Shown in pieces: positions 1 through 13,396 of a stretch of DNA of 64,000 nt. Position numbers and translations under genes: made by a program. The DNA is taken from assembly GCA_951406725.2 (NCBI GenBank), contig OX597826.1, forward strand, positions 29,140,001 to 29,204,000. The letters are read 5' to 3'. Below the pieces are notes generated by a model that was not told where the DNA came from, did not search any database, and saw nothing but the letters and a program-made list of their open reading frames with translations. Position 1 is the first letter of the stretch. Each line of letters starts with the position of its first letter. Origin of the DNA: Octopus vulgaris. Taxonomy: Eukaryota.

Positions 1-1156
1 AATTCCAGAGCATCGCTGGATCACCTGTAGTTACCCATTGTTTTATATAGCCATATTTTTTTTTTTTTTTTTAATATTCCATTCACAAAGTTCATCATTT
101 GTATTTTCGTGTTGCTCTTTGTCAGTGGAATGCTGAAAATAGAATATGGGTATAAAACAATGGATAACTATCGGTGATCCAGCAAATGCTCTCAAACCCA
201 CTCACTTCAAGGGGTGCAGGTACATACCTGTTGTTGGATTGTATTAATACAAGAGTGTATATATAATAGGAAAAAAATTCAACTATTAACGGCTGATGTT
301 AATGCACAGAAACAATTGTAGTGATTTGGTTTAAAGCTTGTTCATTCCATCTTCTTGTATCATATTTTTACACACACACATGTGTATATAGGTAGGTAGG
401 TATCTTGTTTGTAGGTACGGTCATTACACCAACAATCATAAACACGTACTGATTAAATTTCACTCTTTTGTGTTAGTCAACACGCGAGTTTACATCAAGA
501 ACCTTCCAAACTTAATACAAAAAGCTATCTCTCTATACACGCGTGCTCGCTTACATATACTGACAATGATAGACTGACCGGAAGGTAAGAAAAAAAGGGA
601 ATATAATGCAACACATTTATATAAAGCGAAGGAAAAGGGAGGCGAGAGTTTTGCCGTTGAATATAACTGATGGGAAACGAAAATAGTAAAAGTACCAGAC
701 CATCTCCTTGCCTCACTCTTTATCAAAATTGGGGAATAGTTTATAGTTAGAAACGGGGAAAGCGTGAAAATGGCGGACGGGAGAGAGATAGAAAGAGATG
801 GGGGTTAGTCTGAAGAGAAAAGAAACCGGAGACAGATGATGGAATAGCATTGGTAGAGAATAAGGGAAGGAGTGGAGCGTGGTTGGTGGGATGGGAGAGA
901 GTGACGGAGGGATGACAAAAAAGAAATTGATGAAAAATTACAAGAGCTGAGAAAGAAGATGGCAAGTTCGGTTGGGAGGCTAACAAAGACATGTTTCAAG
1001 TAACGTAAAGAATTTGTGTGTGTGCAGACGCATAATGCGCATGTGTACATGTGTGTTGCTTATGCGTGTAGATATATCTGTGTGTATATACGTATATGTG
1101 TGTATGTAGCCATGTAGTTTGTGTATATATATTTATAGACTTATATGGCGTGTGTA

Positions 1157-1204
<48 letters not shown>

Positions 1205-2097
1205 TACCCATATATGCATACATATATGTATGGTGTATGTGTACATATATATGATGTGTGTTTACACAAACACATATATATAATCTCTAAAGAACTTTTC
1301 CAAATTCAACGCTACTTCTCTCTTGCCTTCAACAGAACCTTCACTACAATTACACACACACACCACCAAGAACTAAAGCACCATAAAGACCACTTTACTA
1401 CTAGAAGAGCTAAAAAAAACTGTTACCACCCCCCCTCTCCACGCAACCCTACTCCCACATCACCACGAAGACCACTCACTAGCAGTACTACCAACGCCAC
1501 CACCACCACCTTTTCAAAACACTCAACACCATCTAAACCACCAGAAACAATCACCGCCACCACCAAACACATTCTTCCGTTAATCCATCATCACTATCAA
1601 TGCCGCCATCATCATTATCATCATCGTTATTACGACCAGCATCCAATACATCTTTTACGACAATGATTCAATGCGGCTTTTGGGAGAAAGACCATCTCGT
1701 GGAATAAACTCCACCCCCACCCCACCCCCACTCCCTCACTACCGCTTATTCTGTTATTTCTCTCTCTCGCAGACTTCCTCCTTTCGGCTACCGGCCACCG
1801 TCGCCTTACTGGCTGGCACCAACTGCTCACAAGTCGGGTTTTCTTCCTAAACCACTCAATCTTCTGGCAATTCTCGCTTGTTGTTGTTGTTGTTGTTGTG
1901 GTGGTGGTGGTGGTGGTTCTTTTCTTTTATTATTTCTGTTGCTGCTGGTTAACTTTTCGACTGAAAACTCCCACCTTCCCTTGTATCTCTCTCTGTGCGC
2001 GCGAGTATGCACATACACACATACAATGCATACGTATAGATCCACACTTCATACACGCACACGTACAGATATAGCTATTTATTTCTCTCCCCTTCTC

Positions 2098-2175
<78 letters not shown>

Positions 2176-2280
2176 CATATATATATACATATATATATAT
2201 ACACACACATATATATATATATATATACATATACATACATACATAGACACATACAAATATCCAGTATATATATATATATT

Positions 2281-2311
<31 letters not shown>

Positions 2312-2312
2312 T

Positions 2313-2384
<72 letters not shown>

Positions 2385-2951
2385 TATATATACACGTAGT
2401 CACCCTCCCACACACACACACCAATTTCTCTGTATCTCACTTTGTATGTCCATCTTTCTCATTCCCTGGCTACACTATATTATAAGTACACCATATAATA
2501 TACACATTAATAATTCTCCTACAATGCACCTGATGTTGTTGTTATTGTTGTTTTTTGGTGTTGCTGTTGTCGGTGCCGCCTCAAAATGCCTACCCTCCCT
2601 CACGCCGCCATTTTAACCCTTTTGTAGCTGCATCACAATCAACATGTCGGGCTTGACTCCTTCAATAACGAAAGCTTATGTTATCTTCTAGCTGTTTTTT
2701 TTTTTTTTTTTTCTTTGGTCCTTCTACATGTTTCAGTCATTGGACTGCAACCATTCTGGGACACCCCCAGCCTTGAAGGGTTTAGTCGAACAAATCGAAC
2801 CCAAAATTTATTGATTTTTTTTTCTTTTCAAATCTTGATACTTATTCTACCGGTCTCTTTTCATGATGAAATGCTAAGTTACGAGGACGTAAATAAACCA
2901 ACACCCGTTGTCAAGCGGTGGGAGGAGGGGGACAAACACAAACGCAAGGAC

Positions 2952-2994
<43 letters not shown>

Positions 2995-3350
2995 AGGCAT
3001 GGTTGTGTGGTAAGTTCCAAGTTCAGTCCTGCTGCATGGCACCTTGGGCAAGTGTCTTCTATTATAGCCTCGGCCAACCATAGCCTTGTGAATGGATTTG
3101 GTAGACGGAAAAGGCGGAAACTGAAAGAAGCCCGTCGTATATGTGTGTGTGTGTCTGTGTTTGTCCCTCCACCATTGCTTGACAACCGATCTTGGTTTCT
3201 TTACGTCCCCGTAACTTAGCAGTTCAGCAAAATAAACTGATAGAATAAATACAAGGCTTACAAAGAATAAGTTCAGGGTTCGATTTGTTCGACTAAAAGG
3301 CGGTGCTCCAGCATGGCCACAGTCAAATGATTGAAACAAATAAAAGAATA
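2995..3350 (+). mobile_element. tRNA-headed SINE, family 1 (representative copy; about 20 full or partial copies in the window)
   Basis: Shared blocks: ggctgtgtggtaag..., gttcagtcccactgcgtggcaccttgggcaagtgtcttctactatagcc, ggaaactgaaagaagcccgtcg, gtaacttagcggttcggcaaaaga, ggtgctccagcatggccgcagtcaaatgactgaaacaag. Other copies at about 4030-4400(-), 4975-5320(-), 12950-13350(-), 18590-19110(-), 19410-19710(+), 33960-34270(-), 40375-40765(-), 45110-45500(+), 45525-45900(-), 53095-53405(+), 60130-60520(-), 62690-62890(+). Confidence 0.85.
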
Positions 3351-3474
3351 TAGCAATAGGCCGGCATGAGCCAAGGATCCAAGTGTAGGAAGTTTGTAAG
3401 GTTCAAGCATTTACGTAGCTAATTTCGGATGCCCAAAAGCGGACAATATACGGTAAAACCTGTTTAACCTCGTA

Positions 3475-3807
3475 GAGAAAGACAGAGATACAAAGAAAGG
3501 GTGACGAGAGAGACTCAGTGCAAATCATCAAATCTAATCACCAAAATAGATTAGTAGTTGTCAGCGACTCGGCAAGAGCCAGCCCGTATCTACTGCGACC
3601 AAATTCCTTTCTAATAATGTATGGCTTTTAGAACTATTATATCTTGAACTATCTGTGCCTGCATTTTTCTGTCTTTCTGGCGCAATGGAACATTAAAGCT
3701 ACTCAATGTTCTTTAGCCAATTTCTTTCATTTTGTATCCTAGCGCTTTTTTTTTCTTCAATAGCGCCATGTTGAATTAGGCTTTCAAGTTATTTCAGGTT
3801 CGGTCCC
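3475..3807 (-). repeat. Left arm of ~335-bp near-perfect inverted repeat
   Basis: Reverse complement of 5320-5656. By eye there are 3 substitutions, one A-run length difference and one 3-nt indel. Confidence 0.95.
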
Positions 3808-5319
3808 GCTGTCGAAATCAAAAGGATTTTCTATGAACTAACCGTTACCATACAACCTACGATTTAGTAAATCTTCCACACGGTTTCCGTTTACCAAATT
3901 TACTAGCAAGGCATTGGTTAGTTTTGGATTATAGAAGACTACGTCCACGCCCCCGTGATGCTGTGCAGTGGGACCGAACCTGAAACCGCGTGGTCGCAAA
4001 GCAAGCTTCTTAACCGCGCAACCATATCTTATTCTTTTATTCTTTTACACGTTTCAGTCATTTGACTGCGGCCATGCTGGAGCACCGCCTTTAGTCGATC
4101 AAACTGACCCCAGGACTTATTCTTTGTAAGCCTAGTACTTATTCGGTCGGTGTCTTATTCCGAACCGCTAATTTACGGGGACGTAAACACACCAGCATCG
4201 GTTGTCAAGCGATACTGGGGTTACAAACACAGACACACAAATACATACATACACACACACATATATATACATGACGGGCTTCTTTCAATTTCCGTCTACT
4301 AAATCTACTCAAGATTTCGGTCGGCCCACGCAGTGGGACTGAACCCGGAACCATGTGGTTGGGAACCAAGCTTCTTACCACACAGCCATGCCTGCGCCTT
4401 AGTGAAGAATTATGGCCTTAGTTTCGCAGTGTGCTGTTTTGAGTAAAACAGTTAATTTTACGTTGCTGCAGTCCATTCAGCGGTTAATGAGAAACCCTGC
4501 GATGGACCGGCGTCCCGTTAAGGGCTGTTGTTGTGATCTCAGTCACTTATACGCCCATTGGGGCCCGGGGTAACCAGCATTATGAGTCCTAGAACTCGAA
4601 ACAACAGAACTTATTTCCTTGATGTGGGACTGCAGTTGTGAGCACGAACTCGTTACGGTCTCTGTAGTGTAAGTTATTCGAAATCTGCAAGATGTGTTTA
4701 AGAGGTTGAATGTTGAGTGCCTACACACAAACACGTACACACACACACGACGGTCTGCATCTTGCAACATAATCATTATGCTCAATCCTTCCTCCCCTAG
4801 CACATAATCCCTCTGGAATCTTCTTCCTGGTCATGTCTTTGCTGAAGCTGATGGCCCGCAACAGTTTGAAACTAGCATTATTGGCATCAGATTGACCAAT
4901 CTCAGAGGTTCCTGCAAAAGCCATGATCAGTTCACTTTCTTCCATACGCAACAAGTTTTTTGTTGTTGTTGATTTTTTATTCTTTTACTTGTTTCAGCCA
5001 TTAGACTACGGCCATGCTGGGGCACTGCCTGAAGAATTTTTTAATTGAATTAATCGACCCCATTGCTTGTGTTCTTTTAAAGCCTGGTATTTATTCTAGC
5101 CATATCCTTTCCCGAACCGCTAAGTTACGGGGATTTAAAAAAAACCCGGTTGTCGAGCGGTGTTGGGGGACAAACACAGACACAACACACACATATACGA
5201 CCTTCTTTCAGTTTCCGTCTACCAAATCCACTCACAAGACTTTGGTCGGACTGAACCCAGAAGATCGTCGTTGGGAAGAAAGCTATTATAGAAAACATTT
5301 GCCCAAAGTACCATCTAGT

Positions 5320-5656
5320 GGGACCGAACCTGAAATAACTTGAAAGCCTGATTCAACATGGCGCTATTGAAGAAAAAAAAAAGCGCTAGGATACAAAATG
5401 AAAGAAGTTGGCTAAAGAACATTGAGTAGCTTTAATGTTCGTCCATTGCGCCAGAAAGACAGAAAAATGCAGGCACAGATAGTTTAAGATATAATAGTTC
5501 TAAAAGCCATACATTATTAGAAAGGAATTTGGTCGCAGTAGATACGGGCTGGCTCTTGCCGAGTCGCTGACAACTACTAATCTATTTTGGTGATTAGATT
5601 TGATGATTTGCACTGAGTCTCTCTCGTCACCCTTTCTTTGTATCTCTGTCTTTCTC
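5320..5656 (+). repeat. Right arm of ~335-bp near-perfect inverted repeat
   Basis: gggaccgaacctgaaataacttg...tatctctgtctttctc is the reverse complement of 3475-3807. Confidence 0.95.
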
Positions 5657-5929
5657 ACCCTCTCTCTGTATCCATGTCTCTTTCTCTTTCACTCATGCAC
5701 ATATTCAAAGACCCGGTAATTTTGAAAAGCTTCAACGCTAGGACTATCGAAAATTTTCAAAGAAACAAATTTAAATAACGTATAAAATGAAATAAAAACA
5801 ATCTTGCGACATTTAGAAACCGATCAAAAATGGCGCTCTGAAAGAGAAAGCCTGAAAGCCGAAGGTAGGAGGTGATCAGAAGGCAGATAGGTTTTTACGT
5901 GTAGTTTATCCGACAGCAGCTATCGTCTG

Positions 5930-5963
<34 letters not shown>

Positions 5964-7130
5964 GTGTGTATGCAGTGTGTGTGTGTGTGTGTGTATGTGC
6001 GTTTTTATTAATGAAAGCGCAAAATAAAAATTTAAAAAGTGGAAATAGCCATAGTAGTTTTGCTCTGCAGGAATCCCAGTAAAGACTAGACTAGCTTAGG
6101 CAATAATTAAAGAGATCTTTTATAGTTGCCATCAACTTTGATAACCAACCAATCCCACAGTTGCAGAACGCTAGTAAAAAAAATAATAATAAATGAATGA
6201 ATAAATAAAAATTATATATATAAAAAAAGGGTAAAACAAGAACGACAACAAAAAGACGGCTGTAGTTTTAATTGCATGGTTGCTTATGTCTGTCTTCTGC
6301 TTTTACTCATTTAAGAGAGTCTGTTACAAATTCACAAGGTGACAATTGAGTGTCAGTTAAAATGTAAAGGAGGGAGAAAGAAAGAAAACGAGAGAGGTGG
6401 GGGGGTGACTAGAAGAAGAAAAAGAAGAAGGAATGATACTAGAAAAGGAAGGAATTTTATAGCAGCCTGGACTTAGTTGAACGACTCATGGTCTCTTAGA
6501 GTTAAGATGGATGGTGGTATTAGTAATATCGTGTTGTGCTTATATTGTTGTTGTTCGTTGGTTGGCTGGTTGGTTAGTTATTTCACTACCGCTTCTTGTT
6601 GTTGTTGTTGTTGTTGCTGTCGTTGTCGTCGTGATCGGGATCAGAAAACCAGGAGTACCTTTTTGAAAACTTGTGTTCAAAAGCCGATTATTAAAAAGTA
6701 ATTAACATTTCGCGGTTACTCTTGATTTTTTTTTTTACTTTTTTGTTTATTTTGTTGTTTTTTTCTGTGTTGTGTATGTTTTGTTTTTGCTGTGTTTTAT
6801 TTATTTATTTATTTTGTTCTTGTGTGTGTGTGTGTGTGTGTGCCTATCGCCCCACCCTTTTGTTCCCCCTCCACCTCCCTCTCCCTCCTTCTTCCTTTCC
6901 CCCTCCCTCTCTCTCTCTCTCTGTTTGGCACCACCGTCCATTCCTTTCCCATGATTTTATTGTCTTTTACTGTACAAACGTTTAGTTATTTTGTTTCTTT
7001 GCTTTATTTTATTAATTCTTATATATTTTTTTTTGAATAGCTTTTGTGGAAATTGTTAAAAGTTTAAGCTGATTAAAAGAAACACACATTTGTAGCTAAT
7101 TTTTGAGCTGTTGTTTGATATCATTATTGT

Positions 7131-7177
<47 letters not shown>

Positions 7178-7918
7178 GTCGGCGTTGGTGGTGGTGGTAG
7201 TGGCGACAGTGGTGGTGTTGGTTCTGCTGGACTTCAGAAGTAAACATTAAAAGTACTTTCATGATGGAATTGGATAAAAATTTTACAATTAGCATTATCA
7301 ACGATAACCAGGTTTTTGTAGTGGCTGTATGTCTGTGGTTGATCATAGCGCCGTGTGTGTGTGTGTGTGTTATGTGGCGCTGTGTCGTGGAGCGTGTAAT
7401 AGCTAAATTACACACACATATAAATATTCGTATTCATTTTAATGACGGGACTGTCCGTGTTACTACTCCGAGTTTCGCGAGGGTTGCTGGTCACGAAACC
7501 GATTTCTGACTTTCAAGTTGTGGTTTTTATTATAAAATATCATGTATCGGTCACTTATTGAGAACAAAATTCTATAATGAAAATAGAAAAATCGGGAACG
7601 ATAGGAGAAAATATATATTATAAAAGCAATGATTACATGTGTGTGTGTGTGTGTTATTTAAAGCTAAACAACGCGTATTATGATAAATAATACAAGTCGA
7701 TGGTTTGTACTTTTACTTTGAGTTTTAATATTTCTGGGTTAGGACCCCTTCAGGAAATCTTCGGAGATGTGGCGTTGGAAGCTAACTTCTACGTGAACAT
7801 ATTTCTTGAAGAAGGTGACACAACACCGAAATATTGAAATACGAGTTAAATGTGCAAACCATAGGCTTGTGTTGTTTCTCACAAATCATTGTTTTGACTT
7901 TTAAAAAAATACTAAAAA

Positions 7919-8080
7919 CATGCTTGTTTCCATAGTAACACGCGGAACATGAAAACCCTTTTGTCTGCGAGAAAGCACGTGTTGACAAATATATTGAAAC
8001 TACTTGTTTTACCTATCTGCTGATAATTGGGCATGTGAATTTATGAACTGATCAACAAAATATTTGTTTTGTTTTTTTAA
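7919..8080 (+). repeat. ~160-bp direct repeat copy 1 (copy 2 at 9647-9809) with X-box and E-box motifs
   Basis: catgcttGTTTCCATAGTAACa...aagCACGTGttga...ctacttgttttacctatctgctga, repeated with GTTTCCATGGTAAC at 9654-9667. Confidence 0.85.
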
Positions 8081-11000
8081 ATCTGACACTGCTTCGTTCC
8101 AACTATTCTGCTCATGTATCTGTATGAGAGAGGCAGAGAGAGTCCGTAGAGTGATAACAAAGATTGTGAATGGCCCATATAACCATTCAAGCATTAGTCT
8201 CCTCAAGAGAAGACTAATACTTTGCACTGTTTTATCTGCAGAATTTCCCAGTATTGTGTATATCACTAAAATCTATTAAGGCGAATACTTGCGTAAATTG
8301 AAAAAAAAAAAAAAAAAGTTTGGATCAGTATGTATAGATAAAGGGAAGATATTGATTCATAAGCTTTCTTTTTATTGGTTACATTAACAAAAGATTTCTA
8401 AGGTATCCTCATTTGACTAATCAGAACTGGTGTTAATTATAACTCTGATTGAGCTCTAACTCTGAACGCTACCTTGCAATATATATATACCAAGTAATCT
8501 TGGGGTTATGGATCCAACCCACTAAGGGATAATATTTATCCAGTATACTGTTGGTATAATACCCAAATTCTTAATACACAAGTGTTTTTAATTGCAATGC
8601 AATTAACTTATTTATTGTATTAAATGGGTGAAGGTAAAGAAATATTTTACCATTAATTTATAATACAAATAAGAAAATGGAGAAACAATTTAGTTGGTTC
8701 ATCAGCCTTCGGATATTATATATGAAGGTATCGGAACTTCAAGCATGCGGGAGACAGATCGTTTTCGCCCTTGTTCCCTTGATATAATTATATATATGTA
8801 CATTATTAAATTTTTATAGCAAGCTGACTACTTGACAAAAATCATTAACGTGATTTTTATCCTTATCTATCTATCTATCTATCTATCTATATATATATAT
8901 ATATTACTTGGAAATTTTAAACTACTTTGAACTTTTTATAAAATAATAATAAATATTCTTTATCAGTAAAATTAAGTTAAGTGCCATACTAAGCTGCTGC
9001 TAGCCGGATCCGGCCTGCGGGTTGAGTGTTTTACACTCCTATTTTTAAGGAGTACTTTTTTACTCGATGTTTTAGCTATTACTTAGTTTCATTTGCATTT
9101 GTGTAGGTTTCTAACAAGAAACACATACACTCACACGTATTGTTTGTTTGTTTTACGCTCGCTTTCCAATTGGATGTCCTTCCTGTCGCTAACCTTGACT
9201 CTTTTTTTAAGTAATGGAATTTTCATTCGGCTCCACATCGAAGGTGCAGAACCACCCGACGATTTGTTGACGTGGAAACGTCACTGTCAGTAGCTTAGTG
9301 ATTTTCATGCAAAGCGCAGAATGTAAGCACTCATACAAATACACAGTGCGCGCGTGTGATTAGACAGATCACCAGTCTTCTAGATTAACAGAGAAACTTG
9401 AAGGTTAAATCCGGAGACATACACGTCCCTTTCAAGACCATCATTAGCTACTTTTGTTTTTTCTGTTTGGTTGCCAGCATCAATTCCTGATCGAATTGAT
9501 TTCGTATTCAGTGTAATGATACACTTTTATAGGCTAATGAATGATATGAAAATCATTTTCGTTATAAATCAATAAATAAAGAGTTATTAGCAGTTAAATT
9601 TTCAAAATTTTGGGTAATTTCAGCCAATCGTAACCGCAGACACATTCATGCTTGTTTCCATGGTAACATGCGGAATGCGAGAACCCTTTTGTCTGCGAGA
9701 AAGCACGTGTTGATAAATATATTGAAACTACTTGTTTTACCTATCTGCTGACAAGTGGGCATATGAATTTATGAACCGGTCAAACAAAATATTTGGGTTT
9801 TTTTTTAAAATATTTAACTTGATAAATCTTTTAAGTTCGTGCTATCACATTAAATGCATATTGAGTGCTTCAGACTACAAAAGACGTGTTGTTTACTCGT
9901 TTCCGCTTGTAGAATACAAATATTGACAACACGTGCTATTTTCAGGATGTTGTCGACTGAATGTGCAGTTACCCACAAAGTGACAGTTTCCAAATCCTGG
10001 TTCCTAACTGGGTGAAAATGATCAACCTTTAAACCTCTATAATTTTTTTAAAACATTTTTCTGGAAAAAGTGAAATAAATTCAGCAATTCAACTTCGAAA
10101 AGTACATTAATGTGTCAAATTTTAAAAATTTCGATAAACTTTTGAAATGCTGGCAGCCAAACGGAAAAGATCCGCGACTTTTTAAATAAATATAAATGTT
10201 TCGTGAGTCAAAGGGACTTGGAAAGGTTGGTCGGTCCTTAATTCTGGGTTCTGGTCTGAACGGAAGAAACCAATTCCGTTCACTATCTACTTCTTTGGGA
10301 AACAAACGGTTTACATTGAACCATGTTATCTTTCTCAAAACAAAACAAAAGTGGATGGTCAAGGCTGGAGTGTCTGTGTTTTGATCATATACCTGTTCAA
10401 TTAGAACTGACCAGGAGCTCAATAACAGCAGCCATCATCATCATCTGTATGATTGTATGTTCTATCATTTTCATCATTACCATCGGTGTAAGCATAGATT
10501 TTGTCATCGTCCGATATCACCACCGTCGCCATCACCACCATCACCGCTACCATCATCATCATCACTATCACGACGACGACCACCATCCTTCATCATCACC
10601 ATCGTCATCAAAATCGTAATTAGATATAGTAAAATCTGTCATCACCGTCATCACCATCTCCATCGTCATCATCTCTCTCTCACCATCTCCGTCATCGTCA
10701 TCAGATATAGTAAATTCTGTCATCGTCACCACCACCACGAACATCATCGGCGTCAGCACTGATTGTAGGCGTCATCATCAATCTCTATGTTGTCGTCAGT
10801 GTCAATTCTGTCATTTAATGTCTTTCTTTGATGCTCTTATCACCAACATCGTCGTCATCGCTGTCCTCGTAACGTCGCCATCATCGTTCCGTCGTCGTCT
10901 TCATCAGCACCACCATCGTCGTCGTCATGATCAAAAAAGTGGTGTGGTGGCAATCATTATCATCGCCACATATGACAACGGTTATTGGTCGCCGATATAA

Positions 11001-11545
11001 TTACTATCGTCGTTATCATCGTCTTTTTTTTCCTTCCCCTTCTTTACAACCGACATTAACCTACCCACCACCTTGCCCCCCCCCCGCGCTTTTTTTTTCT
11101 TCCACGACCATCATCATCATCATCACCATAGTCCTTTTATTGTTTCATCACTGGCATTACATCACTGTGATGTTTTAATATCATCATAATCACCATTAGC
11201 ATTATCATCTCCGTCGTCGCTGCCGCCGCTGTCAAAATAGGTTGAAAGTCTTGGTTGATTTATGTTCTGTATAGTGATTCTTGGTGTTGTTAGTGTTGCT
11301 GTCGTTGCTTTTGGAAACAGAAAGTCGTCGACTGTTTTTTTTTTTTTTTACCTTCGAGAATATTAAGTGATTTTGATTAGAATGGAAGGAAAAAAAATTA
11401 ATGGAGGTAAGAGTGAGAATTGAAACCTTGGTGCAGGTTCGTTTTCGCCGTTGGTTGACAAAGCCTTCTTTGAAATTTTCTGTGAGGCAATCACTAATAA
11501 ACTGCGCGTTTATTTCGGTGACTGCGATAACTGACACGTAAGCGT

Positions 11546-11591
<46 letters not shown>

Positions 11592-12700
11592 CTAGCAAAC
11601 GCGTCCGTCTTTTGGACGGTTTAAGTTGCTTTGGTGGTATTTTTTTCACGAAATAATTGAACTATATAGAAGGTTTATGAGTGGCACGGCAATCTATGTT
11701 TCCGATTAACCTAGGAACGGAAAATGAAATTGAAGGTTGGTTATTGTGGAGGTCGTTGCACGTTAATGATCATGGGACATATAAGTTTGCAAGTGATGCA
11801 ATGTAGGGCTACTGAAGTGTTTTGGGAGTGGATTATGGATAATGACTACAAAATATAGTTGTTTTACATGAAAGCGAAATTTCTTGTAAGAAACAGCCAC
11901 ATAAGTGGTGTAATGAATTTGAAGGAAGACGTTGAAACTTCCCCTCTGCGAGTTTATTTTATTCAACTGCAAAGGGAGCTATTTTTTCGGAGAGATAAGC
12001 AAAGAAAAGACCCTTTATCCTGTCTTTGCACATAAACTAACAGCGAATGCTGTGTAAAGTTAAATTGGTATGGAGCTTTCTGAAAGATACATATAGCTTT
12101 CACTAGTGGAAGCAAAACTCTTATTTAAAGGTTGATTCTTTGGGACAGATCATATGAGATTGTTTAAAAAGGGCTAGAACGACAGTGCTAAAATGTATAT
12201 GAAACAGTGGACAACAGTCGAAATATCATAATGGATGGGTAAATAAGCATCCTTAAAGTGAAACAACAGTTTTAAAGGTAAACGTAAGTCTCAACAAATA
12301 GAAAAAAGGGAAGGGAACATCACCTTTCAAGTAACTCAGAATAGGTAAAGGTAAGCTTGCCAAAGTTTAATGCAGTTTAAATATGGAGATTAAGATAGTT
12401 TGGTATTAGATGTTCATCGCGTACAGTATTTCTAGTCAACTGAATCACCGACGTAGGTAAACAGTGGAAATAGAGACGAAATCCTTTCAATTTTATAAAA
12501 ATATTTAAAAAGTATGGAAGACCCTTCATACAAAAAACTATGTCCAATTACGCGGGAACTCTGGGGAAAATGTTATAGTGCATGACCATCCTTGGGACAT
12601 AAGTAATGTGTGTGTAAAGTTTGGTGAAAATTGGTTGGGAATTGTGGAAATGTATGCGTTAGTCATTATACATACACATCCTGCGATTTATATCATATAT
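11592..12700 (-). mobile_element. Non-autonomous Helitron-like element
   Basis: Minus-strand 3' end CCGTC-caaaa-GACGG hairpin, then acgcgtttg-CTAG|T. The other end has a TATA/TG-rich start with ccaattttcaccaaactttacacac, a common Helitron 5' block. Weak PIF1-like remnants (NKINSQRGSF...FHVKQLY). 5' boundary approximate. Confidence 0.7.
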
Positions 12701-13139
12701 ATGCATATAGTGAGAATTTACAAAAAAAAAAGAACAAAAGACGAAGGCGGGTGTGTAAACAACAAACAGATGTATTAGTTTAACGCTCGAGAAGTGAGAA
12801 AGTCTTTTCCGTTTCGAGCCTACGCTCTTCGACAGAAAGGAACACAGAAATAAACAGGGAGAGAAAATAGAAAAAGGTATAGTGGCTAGCGATCTATCAT
12901 GGCGAATGCTGGACATACATACATACGTATGTATGTGTGTGTGTAATTTGCTTGTGCCAGTCATTTGACTGCGGCCATGCTGGAGCACCGCCATAAAAAA
13001 GATTTTAGCCGAAGAAATCGACCTCAGGACTTATTTTTTGTAAGCTTAGTACTTATTCTATCGGTCTCTTTTGCCGAATTGCTAAGTTATAGGACGTAAA
13101 CACGCCAAAAGCAGTTGTCAAGCGATGGTAGGGGGACAA

Positions 13140-13180
<41 letters not shown>

Positions 13181-13355
13181 CATATGTGTGTATGTATATA
13201 CGACGGGCTTCTTTCAGTTTCTGTCTACCATATACATTCACAAGGCTTTGGTCGGCCCGGGGCTATTGTAGAAGACACTTGCCCAAGATGCCATACAGTG
13301 GGACTGAACTCGGAACCATGTGGTTGAGAAGGAAGCTTCTTACCACACCTGCAGG

Positions 13356-13396
<41 letters not shown>

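Noticed and set aside
477-584. Possible 108-nt + strand exon (tgttAG ... GAAG|GTAAGA) open in one frame
   Set aside because: The peptide QHASLHQEPSKLNTKSYLSIHACSLTYTDNDRLTG matches nothing I recognise, and its phase does not fit the TRAP1 exon at 33647.
1939-2616. Long ORFs of YI/VC/HT dipeptides (also 48975-50641 and 58055-58682)
   Set aside because: Translations of TA/CA/TG microsatellites; no coding signal.
4721-4954. Complex minus-strand ORF in the inverted-repeat spacer (TSEIGQSDANNASFKLLRAISFSKDMTRKKIPEG...)
   Set aside because: No recognisable homology or clear donor; cannot be supported as a gene or transposase.
7261-7335. SIINDNQVFV, faintly like the TRAP1 segment before HEFQAET
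   Set aside because: No good phase-1 donor or acceptor; the similarity is too short.
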